Shown: in pieces, positions 27,395 to 40,884 of the stretch
How positions within the stretch are numbered: position 1 is the first letter of the stretch
Layout: each line of letters begins with the position of its first letter
Origin: Octopus vulgaris
Taxonomy: Eukaryota
Length of the DNA stretch: 64,000 bases
Assembly (NCBI GenBank): GCA_951406725.2
Contig: OX597823.1
Span: forward strand, 102,238,001 to 102,302,000
Direction: 5' to 3'
The notes under the pieces: model-generated
The model's input: the letters and a program-made list of their open reading frames with translations, nothing else
Told to the model about the DNA's origin: nothing
Database searches by the model: none
Program-made: the position numbers and the translations under genes

Positions 27395-27730
27395 ATATAC
27401 GTACGTACGTACGTACGTACGTACGTACGTACGTACGTATGTATGTATGTATGTATGTATGTATGTATGTATGTATGTATGTATGTATGTATGTATGTAT
27501 GTATGTATGTATGTATGTATGTATGTATGTATGTATGTATGTATGTATGTATGTATGTATGTATGTATGTATGTATGTATGTATGTATGTATGTATGTAT
27601 GTATGTATGTATGTATGTATGTATGTATGTATGTATGTATGTATGTATGTATGTATGTATGTATGTATGTATGTATGTATGTATGTATGTATGTATGTAT
27701 GTATGTATGTATGTATGTATGTATGTATGT
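27395..27730. repeat. (GTAC)n/(GTAT)n microsatellite
   Basis: Direct reading. Confidence 0.95.
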
Positions 27731-28249
27731 CCTTTAGCTAACTCTCCATAAAAGAGTTATTTTGACATCCTTGAATCCTTCATTCTGGCCAGATGACCAC
27801 TCCATCTGAGCCTTTGCTTTAACACAAGAGCTTCTATACTTTCACACCTAGAGCCTTCCAATATTTCAAGATCACTGATGCTGTCCTTCCACTTAATGCC
27901 ATAGATCGGTCTGAGGCACATCTGATGGAAACGTTCCAGTTGTTTAAGGTGGTATCGATATGTGACCCACGTCTCGCAGGCATAGAGAAGAGAAGGGAGC
28001 ACACATGCCTTGTACACCTTTATCTTTGTCTTTCTGCATATGTCTCGCCGACTCCAGAGGTGCTTTTCTAGCCTTCCGAAAGCAATACTTGCTTTCCTAA
28101 TTCTATATGGAATTTCATCATCCAAATTGCCATATCTATTAATAGTGCTTCCCAGGTAGACAAACTGATCGACTACATCAAGTCGTTTACCATACACATA
28201 GATATTTGGTACACTATACTGCTTACCAGGAGCAGGTTGATGCATGACA
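27731..28249 (-). mobile_element. Inverted 5' segment of an RTE (BovB-like) LINE
   Basis: VMHQPAPG...FVYLGS...LLYACETW...RLRWSGHLARMKDSRMSK*LFYGELAKG. Confidence 0.88.
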
Positions 28250-28854
28250 TAAACCAAAAAGGAGGTATAAGGACTTGCTGAAGGCTTCCTTAAGAGATGC
28301 TTGCATCTCTCCTGACACATGGGAAGGCATAGCTATTGATCGTAGCAGGTGGAGAAGGATTGTGCATGAGGGGACAGCCACTTTTGAGAAATCTCGAGTT
28401 ACACATGAGAAAGTAAGGAGGGATGTCAGGAAGGGCATCGCTGTTACACTTCCAGAAGGGAAGGGTCTTCCTTTGATGCTGACATGCAATGTCTGTGCAA
28501 GACCCTGCCTCAGTAAAGCTGGACTCAAGAGTCATCTTCGTAGTCATAAAACGAGACAGATGAGTGACAACCAGGTCACTGGTGGTGGTGTAACACACCA
28601 TACTAATCATATCTGTCGGGCATATGGAAGAGAGTGTAATTCGGCAGGAGGACTTAAACGACATGCAAAGGTACATGAAGTCCAGTTACAACTACAGCCG
28701 GCTATTGCCGGTAAAGGTTTCAGTTGCCAATTTTGTACAAGACATTGTAGATCTTTAGCTGGGCTAAAAAGTCACATTCGATCACAGCACCAGTAATAGT
28801 TAAGCTTCGTGCAATGGCCATACTCGATAACGAGGGGGCAGCCATAATAATAAT
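28250..28854 (+). mobile_element. 3' segment of the same RTE LINE, with three C2H2 fingers and an (ATA)n tail
   Basis: KPKRRYKDLLKASL...WEGIAIDRSRWR; CNVC..H..H, CRAY..H..H, CQFC..H..H. Confidence 0.85.
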
Positions 28855-28897
28855 GTGTGTATATATATATATATCATGATGTTCCTGAGGCCATTTT

Positions 28898-28955
28898 AGT
28901 CTGGTGAGTCGCCCATACAGCTAAGCGCTTTATAGGTGCGAAACCAATGGTCACT
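28898..28955 (+). ncRNA. Hammerhead motif (core CUGGUGA), first of a tandem pair
   Basis: agu-CUGGUGA-[long stem II]-GAA-ACCAAUGGU-C^acu. Confidence 0.6.
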
Positions 28956-28973
28956 CTCGACCAGCTAAAGCAA

Positions 28974-29020
28974 ACAACTTTGACAATGGCTTTGCTGGCC
29001 GAAACTTCGAAGTCACTATC
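28974..29020 (+). ncRNA. Hammerhead motif, U3-A8 variant, second of a tandem pair
   Basis: UUGACAA-U-ggcu(uugcu)ggcc-GAA-ACUUCGAAGU-C^acu. Its own stem I is weak. Confidence 0.6.
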
Positions 29021-29126
29021 AACAGCATTCTTGTATAAGAATAATAAATTCGTACTCTACAAAAGTATACAGTAACCCATAAGATTAATGTAAGATTGTT
29101 TTTATTGTAACTGAACACAAGAACAA

Positions 29127-29193
<67 letters not shown>

Positions 29194-29775
29194 TAGTTTG
29201 ATTGCAGTGTCTGCAGACTTGCTAATTCAAGAAATACAGTTTCCTTTCCTTTTAACTTGAGCGTTATTTCAACGTCTAATGGACAACTAATTTCTTTCCT
29301 CTGAAGCACAAAACTGTGTTTGTAGCAAACATTTTACAAAGACAGTGAAAAGAAATGCTGCAACACTATTCTTTCATATTATGAGTATATCATCAGCATC
29401 ATTGTAAAATATATTTTGATCTTTAGGACTATCGCGCGCGAGCCCAAACTCACACACACACACGCGCGCGCCACATTCGCACGCATGCACATATATATAC
29501 GCCTGTATATATGTATTATACATGCCTGATGCCCATACAAATGATGATACACAATACATACATATATACGTGCAAGTATTTATATGCGTATACACACGCG
29601 CGCGCGCACAAACACATACATACATATATGTGTGTGTGTGTGTGTGTTTGTGTGTGTGTGTGCGTGTGTGTGAGTGTGTGTGTGTGTAGAAGGTTGAAAA
29701 GGAATACACGAGTTGATATGTATAAGGAAAATAAGTCAATGTAGAAAATGCTAAAATAATTTCTCATAAAAAACA

Positions 29776-29818
29776 TTTTAGTACCGGTTTCAGTCATTGA
29801 GACTTTTTCAATGGAAAA
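29776..29818 (-). ncRNA. Minimal hammerhead-like motif, U3-A8 variant
   Basis: UUGAAAA-aguc(ucaau)gacu-GAA-ACCGGU-A. Stem I imperfect. Confidence 0.55.
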
Positions 29819-29957
29819 TAATTAAATTTGGGAAAAATTAAAAGAAAAGTTTTTTAAAAGAATATTTGCATAGTATTCAAATACAAGGGGCCTTTTCCTT
29901 GTTTCTGTCTCTCTTTTTTACTCTTGTGGGTTCGAGGTCATTGTGAATTCTTAGCAG

Positions 29958-30059
29958 AGAAGAAGAAGAAGAAGAAGAAGAAGAAGAAGAAGAAGAAGAA
30001 GAAGAAGAAGAAGAAGAAGAAGAAGAAGAAGAAGAAGAAGAAGAAGAAGAAGAAGAAGA
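29958..30059. repeat. (GAA)n microsatellite
   Basis: Direct reading. Confidence 0.95.
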
Positions 30060-30119
30060 TAACACCTTATGTGAGTGAAGACCTTCTTTAGCCTGGGGTG
30101 CCGGTGTTTCTCCTTTCCC

Positions 30120-30776
30120 TACCCACTGTCTTCAGTGCTTGACATATTTATAGAGAACCCATTTCTCGTCACCAGTCACTATTCGGTAAAAAAAAATTAA
30201 AAGGGTTGTTCGTGAGAAGTGACAGCAAAGAAGAGAACGCATTCACTCTCTGCGTGCAATTGGACTCGGAAAGTCTGTGAGGAACCCACTGACCCAACTT
30301 ACTGACTTTCTGATGGCACGCAGGCGTCGATGAATGGTTGAGTGACCAAATCCAAGATTCTCTGCTAGTTCCTCAACAGTTACGATGGGGTTTTGTTCTA
30401 CCAGGGTTTGCAGTACGTCCTGGTCGAGCTCTAAGATCTTCCGGGACGAGGTTTGTCTTCTAAGCTGCAGTTTCCCGCTCGGAATTTCTGGAACCATCGT
30501 TGACACTGGCTTACGTTTATTGTCCGATCCCCATATACGGCATTAATATTCCTCACACTTACTGTTGCACCCTTTCCTTTATTGAACTCATAATAGCTTT
30601 GAAAAAAATAACTGTTAAAATCGAACTGCACTCTTCAAAACTTCCACTAAGAATAAGGACAAGGTAAAATTACTACCGGCTTTCATAGCAAGTTGATGCA
30701 GGTAGTTGATCCTGTCCCCCTCCGACTTTTAGTTCATGCAATTGAAAAATTCGCATTATTTATGGGATGACCAGTA
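30120..30776 (-). mobile_element. mariner transposon 5' remnant
   Basis: HTH (RNINAVYG...QRWFQKFRAGNCSLEDKPRPGR), WVPH and VTGDEKWVLY motifs. TIR-like end near 30776. Confidence 0.88.
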
Positions 30777-31449
30777 CACACACACACATACATATCTACA
30801 TACGCACGTATACATGCATATATATACATACACACATCCATACATGCATACATACGTACATATTATGTATATATATATATATATATATATTTATGAATGT
30901 ATGTATACATATATTATGGGAATGAAATATAATTGCAAACAACCTTGTGGCTTATTTCTTGTTTATTTTTAGCAAAATAGATATAATTAATATTTATAGA
31001 TAAGAAAGCACTGTTTGTGGAGGTAATCTTCCATCGAAATGAGTTTATGAAGGTGTTTTGAGTCTAAATTTAAACTATTTCATTTATGTCTAATATTTTT
31101 ATGCAAGCTAAGAACAACGCACCTACAGATTTCACAGTGTTATACATAAATCAACTAAAATTGTGTGTGTGTGTGTGTGTGTTATGTTGTTGTATAGTGA
31201 TAGATAATTATACACACATATGTATATATATACATACATTACATACATATATATATACATATATATACATATATACATACACACACACACAAACACACAC
31301 ACAAACACACACACACACACACACACACACGCATATATATATATATAGTTAATCCAAACATGACAACACAAAGAGAAAACACAACAACGCGAGGACGTGG
31401 AACAAATATAGTATTATTGGACGCTCAGGAAGGAAGGGAAGAAGGAGGG

Positions 31450-31482
31450 TTTTACGTTTCGAGCGGAGCTCTTCGTCAGAAA
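31450..31482 (-). ncRNA. Minimal type I hammerhead
   Basis: uuu-CUGACGA-A-gagc(ucc)gcuc-GAA-ACGU-A^aaa. Confidence 0.7.
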
Positions 31483-31537
31483 TATAGGAAAAGGAAAGAT
31501 CCAGAGAAGGGAAGACGGAGGGAAAAAATCACCAACC

Positions 31538-31579
<42 letters not shown>

Positions 31580-31670
31580 TAGGGAGAATTCACGAAAAAA
31601 CAAAAGACGAAGACAGGTGGTGTAGAAAACAAACAGATGTATTAGTATAACGCTCGGGAATTGAAAAGGT

Positions 31671-31706
31671 CTTTTACGTTTCGAGCCTACGCTCTTCCAC
31701 AGAAAG
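31671..31706 (-). ncRNA. Minimal hammerhead motif, degenerate at position 6
   Basis: cuuu-CUGUGGA-A-gagc(guag)gcuc-GAA-ACGU-A^aaag. Same family as 16806-16843. Confidence 0.55.
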
Positions 31707-31779
31707 GAACACATAAAGAAACAAGGAGAGAAAAAATGTGTATAGTGGCTACCGATCTCTCATGGCGACTATCATTATT

Positions 31780-31864
<85 letters not shown>

Positions 31865-31948
31865 ACATACATATATATATATATGTGTGCATATATAATT
31901 GCTTGCTACTTAAAGAAAATTAACAACAACAACAACAACAACAACAAC

Positions 31949-31986
<38 letters not shown>

Positions 31987-31994
31987 CAATAATA

Positions 31995-32465
31995 CCTATT
32001 TCTTTACTACCCACAAGGGGCTAAACACAGAGAGAACAAACAGGGACAGACAAACGGATTAAGTCGATTATATTGACCCCAGTGTGTAACTGGTCCTTAA
32101 TTTATCAAACCCCGAAAGGATGAAAGGCAAAGTCGACCTCGGCGGAATTTGAACTCAGAACGTAGCGGCAGACAAAATACCTATTTGAATTCAGAATTTA
32201 GAACCGGAAGAAATGCTGATAAGCATTTTATCCAGTGTGGTAACGTTTCTGCCAGCTTGCTGCCTTAAGAAAAATAATAATTCTTTTTAATTTTGGTACT
32301 AAGCCTGCAATTGTAAAGGGAAGGGGTTAATTAATTACACAGAGCCCAGCACTCAGCTGGTCCTTATGCTATCGAAAGGCAAAGTCATCTTTGGGCGGAA
32401 TTTGAACTCAGAATGTAAAGAGTCGTAAGAAATACAGCTAAGCATTTTGTCCGACGCGCTAATGA
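31995..32465 (-). mobile_element. Two adjacent SINE family C copies (head GGCGGCGAGCTGGCAGAA)
   Basis: Match 57508-57720 and 60900-61113. Confidence 0.7.
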
Positions 32466-33724
32466 ATAAGAGATTGGGATAGAGTGGGGTAGGGTTTCAT
32501 GAATACCAGTTATTGAGCTGTTAAATGTGCTAATAACAATTTGATACCAAATACATTTTAAAATTTTAAAAAAGTATTTTCAATTTTTAAAATATATATA
32601 TATGTAAATCTTACACAACGAATGCTCGATCACAAATAATGTAGGTATAATGATTGCATAGTAAGGAAATAAGTAAAACATATTTAAAATCTAAAATAAA
32701 TAAATAGAATAACTGTATAAAAAAGGAATTTTTACATGAAAACCACTCAGGAAGTTACTGAAAGCGGATATATTCGTTCAAAATGTTACTATCCTTAATG
32801 GCAGAAAGCGGTTTTACCACACATCTATGGATTTGAAAAAAAAACGACTTTCTTTATGTTGCGAGAAGCGGACACTTTTTACGAAAGACCATTTTTCAGA
32901 TCTTCTTCACTTTTTCACATATTTCATGAAATATCTCCTTACAGACTAAGAATCAAATAATTTTATGAAAACTATACCTACAGGAGACACTCAAAATGTA
33001 TTGCAGTTTTTTGGGGGGGGGGGTTTTGTCCATTATCATCATCATTATAGAAATGACCATGAAATTTAATTATTCAGTCAAAAGGTTAAAGTCGCCTCCA
33101 CGAATATTTGAGTATTTTTCACTTTCTTCAGTGGATTCCTTTAAGAATTTTTCTGCGTCTCTTTGTTTCGCGGACAATAAGTTGTAGTGATCTTTGTATT
33201 TCTAAGTACGTGTGCTTGCATAACTTGTTGCGCAGAAAAGCATCGATTCTGCTGAGAATAAGAAAGAAGTGTTTTCATGAATGATCGGGTTTTAAATAAA
33301 GACAACTTTACAATTGCTTTGTTGCCGTCGCCGTCTTTGTGGGGACAAATTGTTGGATCTTGGAGAATTAGTCACACTTGAAATAATTTATTCATCTCTA
33401 AAAGAAAAGGAGTTTGGACTAATTCAATATAGCTGTCAATTGCAAGACAGTCATCGATATGTTTATTCTCGAGACTATGTCATCGATTTTCTAGGAACGT
33501 CGTTTGTCCTGTTTACATTCTCTTTTATGCCCTGCCTAACTTTAAAGCGATCAAAATCTGCTTTATCATCAGAAATTAAATAGTCAAATACAAAAGTAGG
33601 TCATCAGTTGAGTGACACAAGAGTGATAGGTTTCCCTGAAGTCCTTGCAAGAAGCAGATTCAAAGCGCGTAAATTTACTTGTGTGTAAGTCGCACTCGTG
33701 TATATGTTATCCATTTATTTAGTA

Positions 33725-34113
33725 CTAGCAGTATCGCCCGACGTTGCTCGGGTTTGTTTCGACCCTTTAGGATTGGAATTTTTGAAAAGTAAAAATTTTG
33801 CATTATGTAGCTTATTATTCTCTTTAAGCGAGCATTTTTCTGGTTGAAACACACCGAAAAATGTCGACACAGCAGTCAAACATCGTAAAAACTAGGGATT
33901 TTCATAGAAAAAAAGTACCTTTTTGATGTAAATAATTTTTGGTGTTAACATGGTCTGATTTGAATTTTTTCAACTACGGAAGGAAAAGCAAGCCTTCTTC
34001 TATCATACTCTCAATTTTGGTCAACTTGCACCGCAGGGTCTCGGAGGAGATAGTGTTAGTTGAAGGCTACCAAACCTGCCATACACAGACAACTTCAGTT
34101 TTATATAGAGAGA
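33725..34113 (-). mobile_element. Non-autonomous Helitron
   Basis: Minus strand reads A|TC...CCCGAGCAACGTCGGGCG hairpin...CTAG|T, with no TSD. Nested in a pogo-like MITE (~33669-34244). Confidence 0.75.
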
Positions 34114-36147
34114 TTAAATCTTAGAACTGTTTTCTCTTCATATTCAAATTTGATATCAGCTTTGATTCGTGTATAAGTCGCACCACAATATTTTTCAGTT
34201 AAAATTAAGTACAAAATTGTGCGGCGTATACACGAGTAAATATGAAAAATGTAAATTGATTTGGACGTTAGAGATATAAATTCTACTGTTCATAAACTAT
34301 TTCGTAAAATTATTTCTTTAAGCACATGTAAAAATTGAGATAATTCCCAGCTCCATTGAATGTATAAGAGAAATAACATTAGATGGTAAATTAGATGAAA
34401 AAAATACTTCCACAAATTGAAACTAATTCATATTCATGGAAATTGATGCTGCTATCATCGAGGAATAACACACAGTTATTATCTATCGTATAAATTAAAC
34501 CGAGGCTATAAACAAATTAGTGAGTAAAAAAACTTTGGAAAAAAAATGTTGTTTTTTTTAATCTATGCACTTTTAGGCCTTATTGGAGACTTATCTCCTT
34601 TAACGCTCTAGGTCGATGGAACCAGTTAATCACTGGAATTTATTGAACTGGCGTGTTTTTTAGCATTTAAGAATTATGAATCATTCTTTATGCTTCAAAT
34701 TGCTAGCAGTTGTTTCATAAAGAACGTGCCAATGTCTTTGTTCGTAAACATTTTCAGTAAAGAAGTTTCATCACAGTTGTATATATATCAACTGTAAGAC
34801 AAAATATTCATTATAACTGACTGCAGACCATACTTAGGCAAGCTGATCCTCATTAAATATGATCTAGATAAATACGTATATTTTTTAGTACAACAACTTT
34901 GAAATATGATAAGAGATGAGGACTTCGAATAAAAATACAAAGGGACTCATATACTACTACTCCATGAAGCTGATTGAGTCAATGACTTGTAACCTGTAAC
35001 CCTGAAAAACTCATGTTCATAAGTGTATATTGGGAATGCACTGGAGAAAACAGCTGAGGATGTTGATGAGGAATGGCAACACAGCAACATTAACGACTAC
35101 TTCGACACATTGCCGCGCTGAGTTCAACTTTTCCAGCTGGTGACTCTAAGAAAGAATTTCAGGTCCCAGATATCTTATAAAGATAGAAAACAATAGTGCT
35201 TATCACCCACTGATGGATACTTTGGATGATAAAAAAATAGTCGAGTAATTGACCCAATAAACAAAAGCTTAAATGTAACTTTTAGTTGGTAAGGATCGTA
35301 AATCTTCCTATGTCGTGTCATCATGTTCTAGCCATTTAATCACAGCTATTAACTTTAATTAGCGTACATCATAACATTGTAGAGGTGGGGGGAGAGAGTC
35401 AAAGATGGGTCCATTACGAAGTCGTACGATCTGCTAGAAATAAGCAAATCTTGAAATTAAAAAGAAAAAAAGGACACATTAGATAAAATAGTTATAGGTA
35501 TTTATGCCCTGGGCACAAGACAGATACAAAGTCTTTGATCACAGACCTGCTCGATCTAAACTAACTAAATAGCTACAAGCACCACAACAAAAAATATTCA
35601 CTTACACAAAATCAGTTATAAACCTCATTGGTGTCCTATGGATCAGATCATGTATTGTGCTTAATATGCTTCATGCTCTTAAACTGTTTTGAATTAGGTG
35701 TTCGACTAAGGACTGAGCATCCTTTTGCCTATCATATACAATGCTTGTCAAAATCATCAATTTAGAACGTTAAATGTATTAATTTATGTAAAATATACAG
35801 TAAAATACCGAATTAAATGTATAGCACACTTACATCTGTCACTCTACTCAACTGGGCGCTCGATGTAGGAACTTGCTATCTTTTTGGCTATCATACATAC
35901 AAGGTTAAACCACATTGTTCATTCAGAATATTATTTGTATTAATACAGTAAAATGCCAAACTAAATGTTTTGCAGTGTTTGGTTACATCCCTTTCAGTTC
36001 CGAGTTCCAATTATTTTATCTTCGGGAAGGTCGTTATTAAAAAAAAAAAAAGGTTACCAATCAAGTTTGGTCCGATTAAATCAACAACTCCATCCAACCA
36101 AAATATGCGGCCTTGCGCTAAAGTTAGAGATCATTATTTATGTATAG

Positions 36148-36207
<60 letters not shown>

Positions 36208-36932
36208 TACGTGTTAATTTTTTTATTCCAGGAGGTTAAAGTGGATTTCGTGAATACAAAGATGGAGATTGTTCAATGATACAAGTGAACCACAATGAAT
36301 AATTTATGTTGGTGAACGGAAATACAACTACAAGAAAAAATATCGCATTTCATTTAAATGCCATAAATGATAAAGTTATTTAACAACAACAACAACAACA
36401 ACAAAAACATCATTTTTAATTAACAATACATGATTTGTACACAATAACAACCCAATTTATATATAATGGTATATCTATGTGACTAAAATAAATCAAGTAT
36501 ATATCAATACCTTTAATTAGAATAATGACGCCAACAAATTATTCATATAGAAGTTTTCTGTCACTTTTTTCCTGTCACTTATTCTTCTGTGACTTTTTTC
36601 TATGACTGGTTTCTTTTTTTTTTTTCTGACTTTTCCTTTGTGATCATTTTCCCACACCTCACCCCTGTGACTTATTTTCGTTCGAAAATATAAGGACACA
36701 GATAGTGTGTCGTATAGCCGACTGGAGACGCTGTTTACTGGGCTAAATAGCAGTAACATTCGTCCTAGCCAGGACTGCCACGTTAAAAAAAATCTTAATC
36801 TGTCTATCTATCTATATATATATATATATTTACGAAATATTTGAGATTTTAGACTTTAGAGTGGTACTTCATCAGACTTGCAGCTAAGGTACGTTTTCAC
36901 ACTATGCGTCTTCAAGACATTCCACACACGCA

Positions 36933-37004
<72 letters not shown>

Positions 37005-37483
37005 CAACAATTAATGAGTATAGCACTCTACTGTTTAGACTGAAGGGAAACACTAGAAATTTGCTTATTTGTGGCAACCTTCAGTTTAGTTTCTACCAAC
37101 GATTGAATAACTTCGCTCAGATATCCCACTCGACCAGAATAATTTGTTTGCTAAACGAAATACCATCCTAAAGTAATGCATACTTCATCGGATTAAATGT
37201 GGTTCTAATACGAGAGAATAACTCTGAAAACATGGTGCTGAAGATAGTGGGATCTCGTAAAGATAAGCACTCGTTTCAAACCATCTTCAATTCGGTGACG
37301 TTTGCAAATCTTATCAAAACTCAACCACCTTTAATTTATGCTGAGAACACATCGAAATTGCAAATTGAAATCTTTCGCTTGGAACTAAATATTAAAAATA
37401 ATGCTACATTTTTGTTTTTATTTGCTGTAAGAGAGACCATTTTTGATTGTCCGGTGTGTCGAGATTTAAATTTCTTTAGCAAA

Positions 37484-37655
37484 GGCGTAGGAGTGGCTGT
37501 GTGGTAAGTAGCTTGCTTACGAACCACAGGGTTCCGGGTTCAGTCCCACTGCGTGGACCTTGGGCAAGTGTCTTCTTCTATAGTCTCGGGCCGACCAAAG
37601 CCTTGTGAGTGGATTTGGTAGTCGGAAACTGAAAGAAGAACGTCGTATATATATG

Positions 37656-37734
<79 letters not shown>

Positions 37735-37953
37735 ATATGATTGTGTGTCTGTGTTTGTCCCCACCCCCAACATCGCTTGACAACCGATGCTGGTGTGTTT
37801 ACGTACCCGTCACTTAGCGGTTCGGCAAAAAGACACCTATAAAATAAGTACTAGGCTCCAAAGAATAACTCCTGGGGTCGATTTGCTCGACTAAAGGCGG
37901 TGCTCCAGCATGGCCACAGTCATATGACTGAAACAAGTAAAAGAGTAAAAGAG
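37484..37953 (+). mobile_element. SINE family A, full length
   Basis: Copy of family A. Confidence 0.85.
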
Positions 37954-38669
37954 AATCCTGTTTTAGAATGTCCCATTTAAAGTCCATTTCATGTCAGTCT
38001 CGCAGCGTGTTTCACGACTGACGCGTATGTCATAGGTTCACCATCACTGCTTTTAACTAGTCTTTCGGTTTCGCCCAAACTTGCACGTGTACGGTGGAAG
38101 TTGGTGGGGTGGGGGGGATTCCCATTCATCATCACCTTTCATATAGGTTTTTAGAGAACTTTGGTGGCGAGTAAGTTCATATTTGAACGCGGGCGAAATA
38201 TTGCGCATGAGCTGGGCGTTTTCTACGTTCTCTACGTCTAGCTCGCTTGGCTGAGTAGTTAGGGTGTTGCACTCATGATCGCAAGATTGTGGTTTCGATT
38301 CCTGGATCGGGTGACGCGTTGTGTTCTTCAGCACAATACTTATCATTGTTACAAACCATTCCTCCATCCATGAACAAAACAATATATTCCTCACAAGCTT
38401 CAATAAGCAAGCCATTGAAGCCATTTGCAAAACACCTAATTACAGAACGCATAAACTTGCAGCGGTCGAGGTTAAAAGAATCGCAAAAGCCATCCAAAAA
38501 TCTTATAAGGTAACAGAAAGTTATAAAATAAAACTACACAAATGAAACAGCTAATCTGAAAAAATCCAGGGATAACCATAAAAATATACAAATATCACAC
38601 ATTGCTCGCTGCCTTCAGCTGGAAGAATATTGTGACCTTGTTTACTTTTTGCTTTGTGGACTGGACAGC

Positions 38670-38772
<103 letters not shown>

Positions 38773-39393
38773 TTTGTGTGTGTGGGGGGGTATGTGTGTG
38801 TGTGTGAAATAGGAGCTAAAGGGCAATTATTGTAGTTAGCTTATAAAGGTATATGTTGTGGGTTATTTAGGGAATGATGCTAGTTTAACTGTGATGATAA
38901 TGATGATGTAGCATTCTCTCATGTGCCATTGTATTGCTTGTGTACCAGAGCCTGTTCTGCGCATTGAACTCTCTTCCTTCATGATGGTATGTAAAGATGT
39001 AAGTGGGATCTGCAGGTTGGTGCGATAATAGGTTAAGTCGGTGCGCGCGCGCACGTGTATTTATATATTTTTTATCGCTTACTTGCTTCAATCATTGGAC
39101 AGTGGCCATGCTGAGGCATAGCCTTGAAGGGCTTTTATCGAACACATGGAACTATTTTTGTTTTAAAGCTTTTGCCCATATGCTAAGTTACGGGACGTAA
39201 ACAAACCAATATCAGTTTCCACGCAGGAAAAAATATAAAGGAATGTGTTGTTGAAAATGCACCTGAATTTGAAAAAAAACGTGTAATTGCTTTTAAATAA
39301 TTTTATTTACATATATACCAAACTAGTTTCAACAAATTTTTGTTTACATTATTTACATTTGATGGATATTTGTCCTCATCTTGTTTGTTGTTA

Positions 39394-39437
39394 ACACAAC
39401 GTTTCGGCTGATACACCCTCCAGCCTTCTTCAGGTGT
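39394..39437 (-). ncRNA. Canonical minimal type I hammerhead
   Basis: acac-CUGAAGA-A-ggcug(gaggguguau)cagcc-GAA-ACGU-U^gugu. Confidence 0.8.
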
Positions 39438-39503
39438 CTTGGGGACATTTTTAACCTGGGTTCTCATTCCTAAGGTATTTTTCGATGTTATTATTATTAT
39501 TAT

Positions 39504-39896
39504 ACTCTCTCTTTTACTCTTTTACTTGTTTCAGTCATTTGACTGTGGCCATGCTGGAGCACCGCCTTTAGTCGAGCAAATCGACCCCAGGACTTATTCT
39601 TTGTAAGCCTAGTACTTATTCTATCGGTCTCTATTGCCGAACCGCTAAGTGACGGGTACGCAAACACACCAGCATCGGTTGTCAAGCGATGTTGGGAGGA
39701 CAAACACAGACACACAAACACATACATATATACGACAGGCTTCTTTCAGTTTCCGCCTACCAAATCCACTCACAAGGCTTTGGTCGGCCCAAGGCTATAG
39801 TAGAAGACACTTGCCCAAATTGCCACGCAGTGGGACTGAACCCGGCACCATGTGGTTGGTTAGCAAGCTACTTACCACACAGCCACTCCTGCGCCT
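39504..39896 (-). mobile_element. SINE family A
   Basis: Copy of family A inserted in (TAT)n. Confidence 0.85.
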
Positions 39897-39909
39897 ATTA
39901 TTATTATTA

Positions 39910-40457
39910 TTGAGTGAGAGAGCAGTGCATGCCATCAAAGTGACACTGGGGTAAAATATACGAAGCCCAGTATACCCATCATGACTACCCGTCTGATAAG
40001 GGTACACTAGGCACATGCATCACAACCATATGTGCGCGACATGGTGATCTCATATCAAAATAAACAGCACATGACCTTGCAGGTGGGGCCCAGTTAGAAT
40101 TTTCTTCAGGTCGAGTAGCCCATCCCACTCGAAAGGTCCCTGAATAAGGGTTGTTTAAGGATGTTGAACGAAACACCCATGTTTCCCGAGGTGAATTATT
40201 CAAACCCCAAAGAATCCCTCTCAACACATGGCTATGATGCTCCCTCACTACTTCTGCTCGTGATCAGAGATGCACATATCGTCAGCCACTAAGGGACATG
40301 CTCAACTGGTTAAAGTCAAACAACTGACAAGCAAATCTGAGGTATTGAGCAGAATATTTGCTGTAGCCCATCTTTTATACCAAGACAAAACAATGTACAT
40401 GATAACACTTCCAATCAGTTAAGATCAGAAGCCATGAGAGCCACTGCCTGGTACTGC
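39910..40457. mobile_element. ~550-bp non-coding dispersed repeat embedded in (TAT)n
   Basis: Partial copies at 3058-3372 and 41350-41455. (TAT)n on both sides. Confidence 0.75.
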
Positions 40458-40526
<69 letters not shown>

Positions 40527-40839
40527 AGTCACTGCCTGGAATCGGATTCTTGTTTATCAATGCTACAAATGTATGGAGACTGTCAGTTTTCTGTGTTGCA
40601 TATCGATGTAATTCAAAGGTATGTGAAAAGAGACTTTTGTACTTTGTGCGTATGAACGTGAATTTGTACTGGTGTGCCCCTAGCTTTTACGACATTCTTA
40701 TTGTTTGTTTTGTGAAGAGACATCATTGCAGAATTTTTTTTCACACGCTCAATGTTGATTTGCGAATTGGCCTGTTTATTTTTCTGTGTCAGCTTTTCAT
40801 CGTTCCACCGGTGTTCCAGCGATAAGCCATCATGTCTTT

Positions 40840-40884
<45 letters not shown>

